NCBI GenBank assembly: GCA_965198175.1
Contig: OZ240245.1
Coordinates: 3,456,001-3,520,000, forward strand
DNA from: Candidatus Poribacteria bacterium
GTDB lineage: Bacteria > Poribacteria > WGA-4E > PCPOR2b
DNA: 64,000 nt
Direction of reading: 5' to 3'
The position numbers were made by a program, and so were the translations under genes. Below the pieces are notes generated by a model. That model worked only from the letters and a program-made list of their open reading frames with translations. It had not been told where the DNA came from and made no database searches. Below are positions 9,409 to 20,460 of this stretch, one piece after another. Every line of letters starts with the position of its first letter. The stretch's first letter is position 1.

Positions 9409-9813
9409 GGATAGCTCTCCCTTCAATAGTCACGCGACTAAGAATTACACATCACCGTTCAATCTTGCGGCGATCAAAAAGGGGTTTCAACCCCCAAAAC
9501 TAGTGAAGACTATCGCACTCACTATTCGTTTGCTTGATCCCTCGCTATTCGCTCAGTTGATCCCTTATCAGGGGAGTATCTGAATGTGTGTAAATATAAA
9601 TGGCTATAGATACCAATTTCAGATTCGGACTGCCGTACCTCCGTGTGTCGTTGCGATCTTCGATGTCAAATCAAAGTGTATTGTTCCAAAGCAAAATTCG
9701 TCCGGGCGAAATCTCCCGATTGGTCGCGTGGAGAGCGCAGCTCGGCGCGCGTGTGTTCTTCAGCAGTGAAGGCAAAGCGATAACGCCAACGGACGGCGTT
9801 GGTTAAGTCTCCG

Positions 9814-10596
9814 CTAGACAACCGCCGATAGTCCGCCATCAATGTTGATTGCTGTTCCCGTAATGAATGCCGCGCGATCCGAAACAAGAAAGGCGACCAA
9901 GTCCGCCACTTCCGTGGCTTCGCCGAGCCGCTCCAGCGGATGGGTCTTCCCCTGCTGTTCCCAGTATTCCTCAAGGGTACCTGGGGAACCTTGCGCTTGC
10001 CAGCCGCGAACACCCTGCGCGGTCTTGATTGAGGTCAAACATACCGTGTTGACGAGGATTTTGTCAGGGAGCAAATCTTTGGATAGAGCTTTGGTCAAAG
10101 CGATTCCTGCCGCACGGCTGACCGAGGTTGGGCATGAGCCGGCACCGGGCTGTTTGCCACCGGGATGGGTGATGTTAATGATGCGACCGCCGCCAACCGC
10201 TCTCATGAGAGGAATAACCAACCGCGAACAACGCACAGCCGCCATCAGCTTGAGATTTAGATCCTCGTACCAATCCTCATCGGTTACCTTTTCAAAGGGA
10301 GCGCCCGTGGCACGTCCGGCGTTGTTGATTAGAATATCGATTCGCCCAAAGCGTTCAACTGTGCTGCGAATAAAGTTTTCCAACGCTACCGGTACTGTCA
10401 CGTCGGCGGAGAATGCGAGCACTTCGTTCCCGGTCTTGTCACGGATTTCCTGTGCTGCCCGCTGCAAGATAGCATCGCGCCGTGCACAGATGGAGATTTT
10501 TGCGCCACACTCAGAAAGCCGCATCGCGATTGCTTTGCCCGTTCCTTCGCTACCGCCTGTAATGACGGCGACTTTTCCGGTTAATTTTAGATTCAT
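9814..10596 (-). CDS. Short-chain dehydrogenase/reductase (atypical active site)
   Basis: TGGSEGTG, NNAG and IDGG; TSVSRAA in place of YxxxK. Confidence 0.9.
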   Translation of the reverse strand: MNLKLTGKVAVITGGSEGTGKAIAMRLSECGAKISICARRDAILQRAAQEIRDKTGNEVLAFSADVTVPVALENFIRSTVERFGRIDILINNAGRATGAPFEKVTDEDWYEDLNLKLMAAVRCSRLVIPLMRAVGGGRIINITHPGGKQPGAGSCPTSVSRAAGIALTKALSKDLLPDKILVNTVCLTSIKTAQGVRGWQAQGSPGTLEEYWEQQGKTHPLERLGEATEVADLVAFLVSDRAAFITGTAINIDGGLSAVV

Positions 10597-10617
10597 CCGG
10601 TTCTCCTGGTATTCCGT

Positions 10618-12171
10618 TTATAGGTTGTTTTTTGTGACCTTAACCGCGGTGGGAAGTGCTTCCAATACATCTCGCGCCATCAATCCATGCGCCCCAATCG
10701 ATTCGGCGGCGATGTCACCCGCCAGTCCGTGGAGGTACACACCTAGCACAGCGGCATCGTGACTTGACGTTTTCTGCGCTATAAGTCCCGCAATAACGCC
10801 GGTCAGCACGTCACCCATGCCTCCAGTTGCCATGCCAGGATTGCCTGTTGAGTTAATCCACACCGCTCCATTTCCGCTTGCAATGACCGTCGGCGCTCCT
10901 TTGAGAACAAGTGTGACATTGTGTTCTTGGGCAAACCGCTGCGCAATTCCTATCCGATCTCTTTCCACTTCGGGGACCGTACCGTCGATGAGCCGAGCCA
11001 TTTCGCCAGGATGCGGGGTCAGCACAGTTTGGGACCGCAAGGATGAGAGCAGTTCTTTCGACTTTGCGAGCGCATTTAACCCATCGGCATCAATGACGAT
11101 TGGACAATCACTTTCGCGGATTAGGTTGTGAACGAGTGCAACCGTTTCAGGGTGTTGCGAAAGCCCAGGGCCAATCGCGAGAATAGACCGTGTCCGTACG
11201 ACGAATTCGAGGATTTGCGAACCCGCATCTAGCGTCAGCGTCCCCTCATCTGTCTCTCGTAACGGCAGTGACATCACCTCGGTCAGCTTGCTCTCTAAAA
11301 TCGGGTTGAGGCTTTTGGGAACACCGACAGTTACCAAACCAGCACCAACGCGGGATGCGGCTTCGCCCGCTAAAGCTGCGGCGCCGGTCATTCCGGTAGA
11401 TGCCCCCGTCACAAAAACACGTCCATACGTCCCTTTGTGAGAATGACGATAGCGAGGCGGTATCAGCTTCGCGGCATCGTCCGACTGCGTCCAATTCACC
11501 TCAATATTCAGCGATTCAATAACACTCGGTGGGAACCCGATATCGGCAATCTCCAACTGCCCCGCCGTGTCCGCGCCCGGGTGGAGAAGCAATCCTCGCT
11601 TGGGCAGCCCCATTGTGACGGTATGGGTCGCTTTGACGCATGCCCCTACTGCTACACCGGTATCCGTCTCTAGACCGGACGGGAGATCAATCGCGACGAC
11701 CGGACAACCTCCCTCGTTAACACACGCAATAACGCTCGCGACGAATCCACGAACTGCTCCCCGTAAACCTGTTCCAAAGATTGCATCAACAATCAGATCA
11801 CACTGCGAGATCTGACGTTCCAATTGATTGAGATTGGACTCAGAGGGCGCTTGCGCGATGGGGAGATTGAGGTTCTGGGCAATCTGCAAGTTGGTTAAAG
11901 CATCGCCCGTAAATTGATGCGGCAGCGAAACGAGAATAATCTGAACAGAATGTCCCGCAAGGGCAAGCTGTCTAGCGACGACCAATCCATCTCCGCCATT
12001 GTTTCCCTTGCCCACTACAACGGCGACACACCGACATTCCGAGAAGTGCTTCTGGATTGCCGTAACAACCGCTCTACCGGCGTTTTCCATGAGCACAATT
12101 CCGGGAATCCCAATCCCGTCAATTGTCTGTTGGTCAATCTGACGCATCTCATTTGCGGTAACGACTTTCAT
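10618..12171 (-). CDS. nnr: Bifunctional NAD(P)H-hydrate epimerase/dehydratase
   Basis: LMENAG, GKGNNGGDG, DAIFGTG, HKGTYG, LTPHPGEM and GGMGDVLTG. Confidence 0.95.
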   Translation of the reverse strand: MKVVTANEMRQIDQQTIDGIGIPGIVLMENAGRAVVTAIQKHFSECRCVAVVVGKGNNGGDGLVVARQLALAGHSVQIILVSLPHQFTGDALTNLQIAQNLNLPIAQAPSESNLNQLERQISQCDLIVDAIFGTGLRGAVRGFVASVIACVNEGGCPVVAIDLPSGLETDTGVAVGACVKATHTVTMGLPKRGLLLHPGADTAGQLEIADIGFPPSVIESLNIEVNWTQSDDAAKLIPPRYRHSHKGTYGRVFVTGASTGMTGAAALAGEAASRVGAGLVTVGVPKSLNPILESKLTEVMSLPLRETDEGTLTLDAGSQILEFVVRTRSILAIGPGLSQHPETVALVHNLIRESDCPIVIDADGLNALAKSKELLSSLRSQTVLTPHPGEMARLIDGTVPEVERDRIGIAQRFAQEHNVTLVLKGAPTVIASGNGAVWINSTGNPGMATGGMGDVLTGVIAGLIAQKTSSHDAAVLGVYLHGLAGDIAAESIGAHGLMARDVLEALPTAVKVTKNNL

Positions 12172-12434
12172 GTTCTATTCTCTACTGATATCGTCAACCA
12201 CGGCTTTTGTAAGATGGAGCGCTATCCAACATTTGTCAACGGGCTTTGGTAGACAATCAGGGGATTTTGTGCTTAAACTCTCTCCTAACTTCACGATAGA
12301 GTGTAGCACTATCGGTCAATTATGTCAAATGGAAAAGATGAAATGGAGAACTCTCACACTTACTTCAGCCCGATGGCGGCTAAACCCCACCCAAATCTGG
12401 AGCGATCGAAGCTGTTTCTGATGAGTGAAATTGA

Positions 12435-14882
12435 CTACCTTTCCCCGTAATGCGTTATCCAGCAACGACGCCCATCGGTGCGCAGCCGGATAGCACCGAG
12501 CTTATCTGTGCGCAGCACTCGGCAGCCCCATTTTTGATAGCGATTGACAACCTTTCCAGAGGGAAAGCCGTATCGATTCCGGGTACCGACCGAAAAAATC
12601 GCCTCTTGCGGACGCACGGCTTCGAGAAATTCCGAACTGCTGGAAGTCTCGCTGCCGTGGTGGGGAACTTTGAGGAACTCCGCACGCAAATCGTAGCCAT
12701 TTGAGATTAAGGCGAGCTCAGTTTCTCGTTTAATGTCCCCCGTGAATAGGACTCGTACACTACCATAGGTCATCTTAAGCACAAGCGAATCGTTGTTGGT
12801 ATCCTCATCCATGAGATTCACCGACGTTTCATCTAGCGGATGCAGTAACGCAAGCTGCGCCGTCGGTGTCAGTTGAATTTTCCCTGCGTCGCCGAGCACA
12901 TGCGGTATGCCTTTCGTATCAACGATTTGGTGCAAATGGCGATGTGTCAGCGGAGGGAGCGATTCGTGCGGCACACCGAGCACACGCTTGACGTCAAATG
13001 TGCGCAGGATGTGTGCAAGTCCGCCGCCGTGATCGTTGTCCGGATGGCTCAAGACGAGCAGATCCAGGCTGAAGACACCTTTGTGGCAAAAAAATGGATC
13101 GAGGACACGCTCACCGCTATCGAAACCGCGCCGATTGGCACCACCATCAATTATCATGGTTTTTCCGTCGGGGAATCCGACAAATGCCGCATCGCCCTGC
13201 CCGACATCAAGAAACGTGATGTCTAAGAGGTTTCCTTCCTCCTTCAACGCGGCATCCCAAATCCAGATAGCCAGCACTGCTGCACCAATTAGCACCGCCT
13301 TATCCCGATGCTCCCACACCCACCGCCAGTGGGCAATTGCGAGACAGCCCGCGATGTAGACGCTAACCCAGCCCAAGCTGGGCGGTGACATTGTAACCCC
13401 CGCCCACGGTTGACCGAACAACTCGACAATTTTCAGAAAGATGAAGAGGACGAGGTGGTTGGCATAAACAAACGGTGTTGCAAGCGGAAGCCACATCATG
13501 CCGAGAAAAAGCGAGATTGATGCGATGGCAACGATAGGTGCGGCAAGTCCAACGACGAAGGGACCTGCAACCACACCGAGCGGATAGGCGCGACAGAAGT
13601 GTCGTGCGATTATCAGGAACGTGCCGATTTGTGCCGACAGTGTCACCCCAAACGCGACAACCAACCATCCGATTGCTCGCTTCCAACCGCTCCCCCAGAC
13701 CTCTTCGAGCTGAGAGACGGGATGGTCCTCTTGGGTACTATGATTCGCAGAAAGACCCGCAATGAAGGCGTTCCACTTAGGCAAGAGATAAACGATACAT
13801 GCCACCGCAGCAAAGGAAAGTTGGAAGCCGACGTCCCACAGTTGGGCGGGATTAATCAACAACAGGACCAGCGCAGCAAACGCGAGAAGATTGATGAGAT
13901 CCGCATCTCGATCGATAATCTGCGCGATTAGGAACAGGATTGCCATGAAGGACGCTCGTAACACCGATGGGCGAAATCCGACTAAGCAGGCGTAGAGTAT
14001 GACAGCGGCGATTGTCAGAAGGCAGACCGTTTTTCGAGGTAAGCCAAGAAGAGAAAAGCTCAGAAAACAGAGGGCGGTAATCAGTCCAACGTGCAATCCC
14101 GACACAGCGAGAACATGCAGGCTACCACTGTTACGAAAAATATCAAGAGTAGAATCGGGAAGCTCACTTCGCTTCCCCAAAAGCATACCCTTGAGAATGT
14201 GGACATGGTCAGGCTGCTCATGATATAGCCGATCGATTGTAACTTCCACACGTCGGCGCAAACGTTCTGTCCAGCGCAAAGGCGGAAGTCCAGCCTGATG
14301 GGTTGGCGAAATTTCCTGATGGCGATTTGGATAGAAAATTCCGAAGACTTGACGACGGGTAAGGTACGCACGGTAATCGAATCCGCCTGGATTGCGTCGT
14401 CCTTTCGGCTGACGGAACACCCCTTCAACTTCAAGACAATCGCCGTAGCGCAACGCAACCGGCTCATAGAATCGGATTAAGACTTTCATCTTCACAGTTA
14501 AATCCGGAGCGGATACGGATTCGACGGTTCCGATTGCGTAACCTGTCTCCCACAATTCACCGCGAGAAGGTTGATATGTCATGTGCCCTGAGAACCGCAC
14601 CGGTTGATTGTACAGTTCAGAAGGGCAGGGAGGCGTTAGGGCAATCCCCACACGAAGTATGCCACAACCGAAGATCGCAAGCAGAAGAAAGATTCGCGGG
14701 AGGTTTGCGTTTTCAATATTTCCTACACGAAAACCACCCTCTGGTCGGTGTTGTAGTACGAAGCTGGCGATAAGAAAAATCAGCACAATCAGCCAAATCC
14801 AAAAAGCGGGAATTGGCAGAAATCCGGCGACAAGGATTCCGAGTGTGTATGGGATGACTGTGTTGAGAGCAGGGCGGCGCAT
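12435..14882 (-). CDS. comEC: DNA internalization competence protein ComEC/Rec2
   Basis: RNPGGFDY, HVLAVSGLHVG and GFQLSF, plus metallo-beta-lactamase domain (DVGQGDA, SHPDNDH, KVPHHGS). Confidence 0.95.
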   Translation of the reverse strand: MRRPALNTVIPYTLGILVAGFLPIPAFWIWLIVLIFLIASFVLQHRPEGGFRVGNIENANLPRIFLLLAIFGCGILRVGIALTPPCPSELYNQPVRFSGHMTYQPSRGELWETGYAIGTVESVSAPDLTVKMKVLIRFYEPVALRYGDCLEVEGVFRQPKGRRNPGGFDYRAYLTRRQVFGIFYPNRHQEISPTHQAGLPPLRWTERLRRRVEVTIDRLYHEQPDHVHILKGMLLGKRSELPDSTLDIFRNSGSLHVLAVSGLHVGLITALCFLSFSLLGLPRKTVCLLTIAAVILYACLVGFRPSVLRASFMAILFLIAQIIDRDADLINLLAFAALVLLLINPAQLWDVGFQLSFAAVACIVYLLPKWNAFIAGLSANHSTQEDHPVSQLEEVWGSGWKRAIGWLVVAFGVTLSAQIGTFLIIARHFCRAYPLGVVAGPFVVGLAAPIVAIASISLFLGMMWLPLATPFVYANHLVLFIFLKIVELFGQPWAGVTMSPPSLGWVSVYIAGCLAIAHWRWVWEHRDKAVLIGAAVLAIWIWDAALKEEGNLLDITFLDVGQGDAAFVGFPDGKTMIIDGGANRRGFDSGERVLDPFFCHKGVFSLDLLVLSHPDNDHGGGLAHILRTFDVKRVLGVPHESLPPLTHRHLHQIVDTKGIPHVLGDAGKIQLTPTAQLALLHPLDETSVNLMDEDTNNDSLVLKMTYGSVRVLFTGDIKRETELALISNGYDLRAEFLKVPHHGSETSSSSEFLEAVRPQEAIFSVGTRNRYGFPSGKVVNRYQKWGCRVLRTDKLGAIRLRTDGRRCWITHYGER

Positions 14883-15315
14883 CTGTTACATGTGATGCTA
14901 TTACAAGGATAACCGATTCTGGTTAACCTCTGGAATTGGTCCTATGCGATCGATTCTGTGTCAAGTAGATTGCTACGTATTGTAGCACGATCCACCTTCA
15001 TGGTCAATCGAATAGCGCTCGAAAGAATAATCGTCGTTGCCAATGCCGACGAAAGGCGCTTCAGTACCCAAATCGATACAGACCTTCAGTCCATAGCGGT
15101 TTGATTTTGGGTTGCGTTGGATCGCGAAATATGATAGAGTTCAAGCGTAATTCAGGAGCGAGAGGGCAAGAAAGTTTTCGTGAAACGCCCGATTTGTCAG
15201 CTTTTCAGGGATGAGCGCCGTCCCCTGAATTTGAGGACAGAAAATCGCGTCGGGTTACGTGTGCCGAAATCCAACTCCCTTCGTGTTTCTATAGTATACT
15301 TCACATTTCAAAATT

Positions 15316-17799
15316 ATGAACTATGCGCGTGTGGTTTTCCCGCTGCCTCAGGATCTCTCCTTTTCGTACGCTATTCCCAATCACCTCGCCTCAATCGTAC
15401 AACCAGGAGCCCGTGTGCTTGCATCGTTAGGTCGGAGCGTGCGCGAAGGCGTCGTAGTCGGGTTGATGGAACAGCCTGAACTCCCCGACTCCTCCATCGA
15501 AATCAAGCCTCTTGTTGACTGCCTTGATGACTCACCCACGTTTTCCGACGAACTGTTGGCGTTGACAAAATGGATTGCCGAATACTACCTGTCGTCGTGG
15601 GGAGAGGCTTTGAAGTCTGCGATTCCCGCTGCCGTTCGGACACAGCAACGCCGTGTCGTCCATCTGCTTGCGACTGACAAACAGATTGAAGTGATGAAGA
15701 AGCGGATGCCTCTGCAGACTCGCATCCTGTCGATTTTACGACAGGATGGGGATTTATCTCCGAATCAGCTTTCTCGACGAATTGGGCGTGGATATTCAAA
15801 GTTGCGGCCTGTGATTTCCACCTTGCAAGAAAAAGGGTTGGTTGAACTGAAGTCGGATTTCCAATCTAAATCGAAACCGTATACAACACTCGTCGCTTCT
15901 TTAGCCAAACCGCTCTCTGAACTCGAGACTGAGATTCCAAACTTAGCAAAGCGAGCGCCGAAACAGGCTCAAATACTGGAGTTCCTCATTGCTCAAAGCC
16001 GCAACTCGGAGAATTTGGACTGGTCGACAAGCGATCTCATCAAACATGCGAATACAGGTCTGATGACCTTGCGAGCGCTTGAGCGGAAAGGGATGATTCA
16101 CATAACATCGGTTCAAGTTGTGCGGAATCCGTTGAGCTTGGAAGCGGTGCCTTCAACACAGCCGCTGACGCTGAACACCAATCAAGTCAGAGCATTAGAA
16201 GCAATTCAGGCAGCAATGAACCAAAATCGCCGAGATACTTTTCTGCTACACGGGGTCACTGGGAGCGGTAAGACAGAGATTTACATGCAAGCGATTGCGA
16301 TTGCCCTCAAGCAGGGCAACGGCACGATTGTCTTAGTGCCAGAAATTGCCTTGACGCCTCAAACCATCTCTCGGATTGTCGGGCGCTTCGGGGCACGGGT
16401 GGCGGTACTACATAGCAACCTTTCGGACGGGGAGCGATACGATCAGTGGCAGCGGATCAGAACCGGGGATGCGGAAATCGTGGTGGGACCGCGGTCGGCA
16501 ATCTTCGCTCCGATGCCCAATCTTGGACTCATTGTAGTCGATGAAGAGCACGAAACCTCATATAAACAAGCAGACGCCTCTCCCCGCTATCACGCACGCG
16601 ATGTCGCCTTAAAGAGATCGGAATTGGTAGATTGTCCCGTGATCTTGGGAACTGCAACGCCATCATTGGAAAGCTTCTATCGCGCGCAGGCGGGCGAATA
16701 TCATCTACTCAGTCTTCCCTCTCGTGTCTCCAATATCAAAATGCCGCCTGTCCAGATTGTCGACATGCGCGAAGAATTGGAAAAGAGCAATCGCACCATT
16801 TTTTCAGTTCCGCTGCGAAGAGCAATCGAAAATCGGCTTTCTCAACAAGAGCAGGTAATCCTGTTCCTGAACCGCCGAGGCTTCTCGACGTATGTCTTTT
16901 GCCGCGCTTGTGGGCACGTCGAGCGGTGCAATGACTGTTCAATCTCGCTGACGTTCCACCTTCATACCAAGCGGATGGTATGCCATCACTGCAATTACGA
17001 ACGACCAACGCCCGTGGGTTGTCCACAATGCGGCAGCATCTACTTCCGTTATTTCGGGCTTGGTACCCAACAAGTCGAGCAGCAAGCAATCAAGGCGTTC
17101 CCAAAGGCGAACATCAAGCGGATGGACACCGATTCGACAACACACAAAGACGCGCACCGGAAAATCTTGGATGCCTTCAGAACAGGGGAAATCGACATTC
17201 TGGTAGGAACACAGATGATTGCAAAGGGATTAGACTTTCCAAACGTGACGCTTGTTGGCGTAATCTCCGCGGATACCACCCTCAACTTGCCTGATTTTCG
17301 CGCGGGCGAACGGGCATTCAGTTTGCTTGCACAGGTTGCCGGTCGATCCGGGCGCAGCCAAGCAGGCGGTGAAGTCATCATTCAAACCTACATGCCTGAG
17401 CATTATAGCATTCAGGCGTCACAAGAACACGACTATCTCCGCTTCTACCGACAGGAAATCGGTTATCGAGAGGAGTTCCTTTATCCACCCTTTAGTCATG
17501 CCGTAACCATCGTACTCCGCGGAGCGGTCGAGAAAGAAGTGATCCATGTAGCAAACTACCTCCTTAACTGTCTAGAAAAGCTGCAAGCGGAGAGATTCTC
17601 GGACGTTGAGATTCGAGGTCCGGTTGCTGCGCCGCTATCAAAAATTATGGGGAAATTCCGCTGGCATTTCCTGCTGCGAGGTAAGCACGTTGAAAAACTG
17701 CGTGAACTCATTCGGCGAGCCGTTGAAACACTGCCGTCCGCTGTTTCGACGAAAAATGTAGATCTAATCGTCGATATTGACCCGATCACAGTTTTGTAA
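15316..17799 (+). CDS. priA: Primosomal protein N'
   Basis: GVTGSGKT, DEEH, Cys-rich zinc region, GTQMIAKGLDFP and QVAGRSGR. Confidence 0.97.
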   Translation: MNYARVVFPLPQDLSFSYAIPNHLASIVQPGARVLASLGRSVREGVVVGLMEQPELPDSSIEIKPLVDCLDDSPTFSDELLALTKWIAEYYLSSWGEALKSAIPAAVRTQQRRVVHLLATDKQIEVMKKRMPLQTRILSILRQDGDLSPNQLSRRIGRGYSKLRPVISTLQEKGLVELKSDFQSKSKPYTTLVASLAKPLSELETEIPNLAKRAPKQAQILEFLIAQSRNSENLDWSTSDLIKHANTGLMTLRALERKGMIHITSVQVVRNPLSLEAVPSTQPLTLNTNQVRALEAIQAAMNQNRRDTFLLHGVTGSGKTEIYMQAIAIALKQGNGTIVLVPEIALTPQTISRIVGRFGARVAVLHSNLSDGERYDQWQRIRTGDAEIVVGPRSAIFAPMPNLGLIVVDEEHETSYKQADASPRYHARDVALKRSELVDCPVILGTATPSLESFYRAQAGEYHLLSLPSRVSNIKMPPVQIVDMREELEKSNRTIFSVPLRRAIENRLSQQEQVILFLNRRGFSTYVFCRACGHVERCNDCSISLTFHLHTKRMVCHHCNYERPTPVGCPQCGSIYFRYFGLGTQQVEQQAIKAFPKANIKRMDTDSTTHKDAHRKILDAFRTGEIDILVGTQMIAKGLDFPNVTLVGVISADTTLNLPDFRAGERAFSLLAQVAGRSGRSQAGGEVIIQTYMPEHYSIQASQEHDYLRFYRQEIGYREEFLYPPFSHAVTIVLRGAVEKEVIHVANYLLNCLEKLQAERFSDVEIRGPVAAPLSKIMGKFRWHFLLRGKHVEKLRELIRRAVETLPSAVSTKNVDLIVDIDPITVL

Positions 17800-18025
17800 T
17801 ATCATCCAAAAGCGTTCAAAAAAAACGTGCCGATTCTTAGCCCTCTAATGACAAACGGATTGTAAAAATGAACTGTGCGCTTCGATCGCAAGGGTAGATC
17901 TCTTTCTCCGAATGACTTGACTTTCACCGTATAGTTCGGTAAAATTCAAAAAGGCTGCTTTTGTCCACCGCTGCGTTGGACGAATCAGCGAATCGGGACA
18001 ATTTGGTCACACGAGAGGAAACGAG

Positions 18026-18973
18026 ATGAACCTTTTCAAAAAGGATAAGAGTGGAGATGCAAAGGGGAAAGCACCGTCCTCACAAGGCGGGAAGAGCCAT
18101 CCAGAACTACAGATGATGGGCAATCCAGCAGCTTCTAGAACGACGGCACCGCAAGCAAGCGCACCACAGCAGAACGTGATGCTTCCGGATGTTCAGTATA
18201 AGATTGCCGTGGCAAGCGGAAAAGGCGGTGTCGGGAAATCGACAGTAGCGACGAACCTAGCACTCGCTCTGGCGCAAAGATCGGCGAAAGTTGGGCTGAT
18301 GGATGCAGACGCCTATGGTCCAAGCATTCCGACCATGATGGGAATCAATAAACAGCCAGAGGTGGGGCAAGATAGGAAATTGATTCCGCTTGCTAGTCAC
18401 GACATTAAACTCATGTCGATCGGCTTCATGGTATCCGAGGAACAGGCGATGATCTGGCGCGGTCCTATGTTGCACAGCGCGATTCGCCAGTTCTTGAGCG
18501 ATGTCAACTGGGGTGAGCTCGATTATCTGATTATCGATTTGCCGCCCGGCACCGGAGATGCCGCTCTTTCTTTAACACAAGCCATTCCCCTGACCGGCGC
18601 TGTGATTGTGACCACGCCACAGGATGTTGCACTTGCCGACGTTCGGCGAGGCGTCGCCATGTTTGAAAAGCTCAACGTACCGATTCTGGGCGTGGTTGAA
18701 AACATGAGCTATTTCATCTGTCACCATTGTGACAAGAGAACAGACATCTTCAGAGCCGATGGCGGGAAGAAAATCAGCCAAAAACTCGGTATCCCATTCC
18801 TGGGGGCGATACCGATTGATCCGGAGATTTGTACAGGCGGCGATCTCGGTGTACCAATTGTTGCATCGCACCCGGATTCGTCACAATCCGAGGCATTCCG
18901 CAATGCAGCGAATCTGCTCGTAGAGAAACTCCGCGAACATGGATCGGAAAGCGAATTGACGATTCTCAGTTGA
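18026..18973 (+). CDS. mrp: Mrp/ApbC Fe-S cluster carrier ATPase
   Basis: SGKGGVGKST, IWRGPM, DLPPGTGD and ENMS..CxxC. Confidence 0.95.
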   Translation: MNLFKKDKSGDAKGKAPSSQGGKSHPELQMMGNPAASRTTAPQASAPQQNVMLPDVQYKIAVASGKGGVGKSTVATNLALALAQRSAKVGLMDADAYGPSIPTMMGINKQPEVGQDRKLIPLASHDIKLMSIGFMVSEEQAMIWRGPMLHSAIRQFLSDVNWGELDYLIIDLPPGTGDAALSLTQAIPLTGAVIVTTPQDVALADVRRGVAMFEKLNVPILGVVENMSYFICHHCDKRTDIFRADGGKKISQKLGIPFLGAIPIDPEICTGGDLGVPIVASHPDSSQSEAFRNAANLLVEKLREHGSESELTILS

Positions 18974-19016
18974 TTACCGATTCATAATTTTGATGATTGA
19001 GGACAGTGAAAGACAG

Positions 19017-19748
19017 TCAGGGCATCAGCATTCCGCCATTCACATCTAAGATGACGCCTGTCAGATATGATCCCTCATCTGACGCAAGGAACAGTGCGAC
19101 GTTTGCTACCTCCTTCGGGTCGGCGACACGACCCAGCGGAATTTGTGGTGTCATCTCGGGGTGATCTTTCGTCATCTCTGTCTTAGCCACACCGGGCGCA
19201 ATTGCGTTGATGGTGATTCCGTATTCGCCAAGCCGACGCGCAAACGATTTCGTCAAGCACATCACTCCCGCTTTAGATGAAGCATAGGGCGCCGATGCAA
19301 ACAGTCCGCCAACTCTACCCGCGATAGACCCCAGATTGATAATCCTGCCAGACCTCTGCTTTCTCATAATCTCCATTACCGCCTGCGAGCAGAGAAAAGG
19401 TCCCTTGAGATTAACAGCCATGATCCGATCCCATTCTGATTCGGTACACTCCTCGATTGGTGTGTGGCTAAATATTCCGGCGTTATTTACGAGAATATCG
19501 ATCCGTTCAAAGGTATGGAGCGTTTGAGAAACCATTGCGCGGACAGCATCACCGTTGGAGACGTCCGTGTGGATTGCGAGCGCAAGTACACCAAGTGCGC
19601 GAACCTGTTCTGCAACAACTTCAGCAGTTTCCCGGTTTTGTTCGGCAATGGCGATATGTGCGCCTTCACTGGCAAACCTGAGGCAAATCGCCCGCCCAAT
19701 TCCTTGCCCACCGCCTGTCACAATTGCAACGCGATTTTTCAGTCTCAT
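19017..19748 (-). CDS. Classical SDR oxidoreductase (FabG-like)
   Basis: TGGGQGIG, NNAG and YASSK. Confidence 0.92.
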   Translation of the reverse strand: MRLKNRVAIVTGGGQGIGRAICLRFASEGAHIAIAEQNRETAEVVAEQVRALGVLALAIHTDVSNGDAVRAMVSQTLHTFERIDILVNNAGIFSHTPIEECTESEWDRIMAVNLKGPFLCSQAVMEIMRKQRSGRIINLGSIAGRVGGLFASAPYASSKAGVMCLTKSFARRLGEYGITINAIAPGVAKTEMTKDHPEMTPQIPLGRVADPKEVANVALFLASDEGSYLTGVILDVNGGMLMP

Positions 19749-19993
19749 TGTTCGTCTCCCTAATTTGACTAAACTCTAGTTGATGGTGAAAACAACCGCG
19801 TTTTCATCATCCAAACTCGCACATTAGTTTTATCTTCCGCCTCTCCCGCCAAGCGTGGGTTGAGACGTTTTTGTATTGAGGATTTCGGGTGGGTTATGTT
19901 AGAATACAAAATACCCGGCTCTTATTATCTTAGAAAGTAGAACTCAAGTCAACTCCAAACCAACCAATGCCGGATTCCCAATGGAGACCTGTT

Positions 19994-20374
19994 ATGAACC
20001 CCAAAAAGATTAACATCTCTGCTCAGCCTGTCGTCATGGAGGCTGAACTAAATAACTCGGAAACAGCGCAAATGATTTGGGATGCGCTACCGATTGAGGA
20101 ACGTGGGAGTACATGGGGCGACGAAATCTACTTTTCCATCTCAGTGAACGCGGATGCTGAAAACCCTCAAGAAGTCGTGGAACTAGGCGATGTCGGCTAT
20201 TGGCCCCTCGGTACCGCGTTTTGTATTTTCTTTGGCCCAACACCGATGAGTCAGGGGGATGAAATCCGTCCTGCGAGCGCAGTCAATGTAATTGGTAAAC
20301 TGATAGGCGACCCAAAGGCGTTTAATCAGGTCAAGAATGGAACCACGGTCAAAATCGAAAGAATTGGGGAATAG
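19994..20374 (+). CDS. Cyclophilin-like fold protein (DUF369/TM1367 family)
   Basis: WGDEIYF, GDVGYW, CIFFGPTP and PASAVN. Confidence 0.85.
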   Translation: MNPKKINISAQPVVMEAELNNSETAQMIWDALPIEERGSTWGDEIYFSISVNADAENPQEVVELGDVGYWPLGTAFCIFFGPTPMSQGDEIRPASAVNVIGKLIGDPKAFNQVKNGTTVKIERIGE

Positions 20375-20460
20375 CGGTTAACGAAGATTAGAAATCAGTC
20401 GAGACTTCAGCTTGAAGCTTGTCGTACCGCGGCTTATTCACGTGTCAGGAGGTAAAAACC

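Noticed and set aside
9814..10596. SDR lacking the catalytic Tyr as a novelty
   Set aside because: An atypical SDR subgroup with S..R in place of YxxxK is already well known
9842..10762. 306-aa plus-strand ORF
   Set aside because: Antisense shadow of the SDR gene; the same applies to 7430-8167, 43196-43765 and 49368-50282
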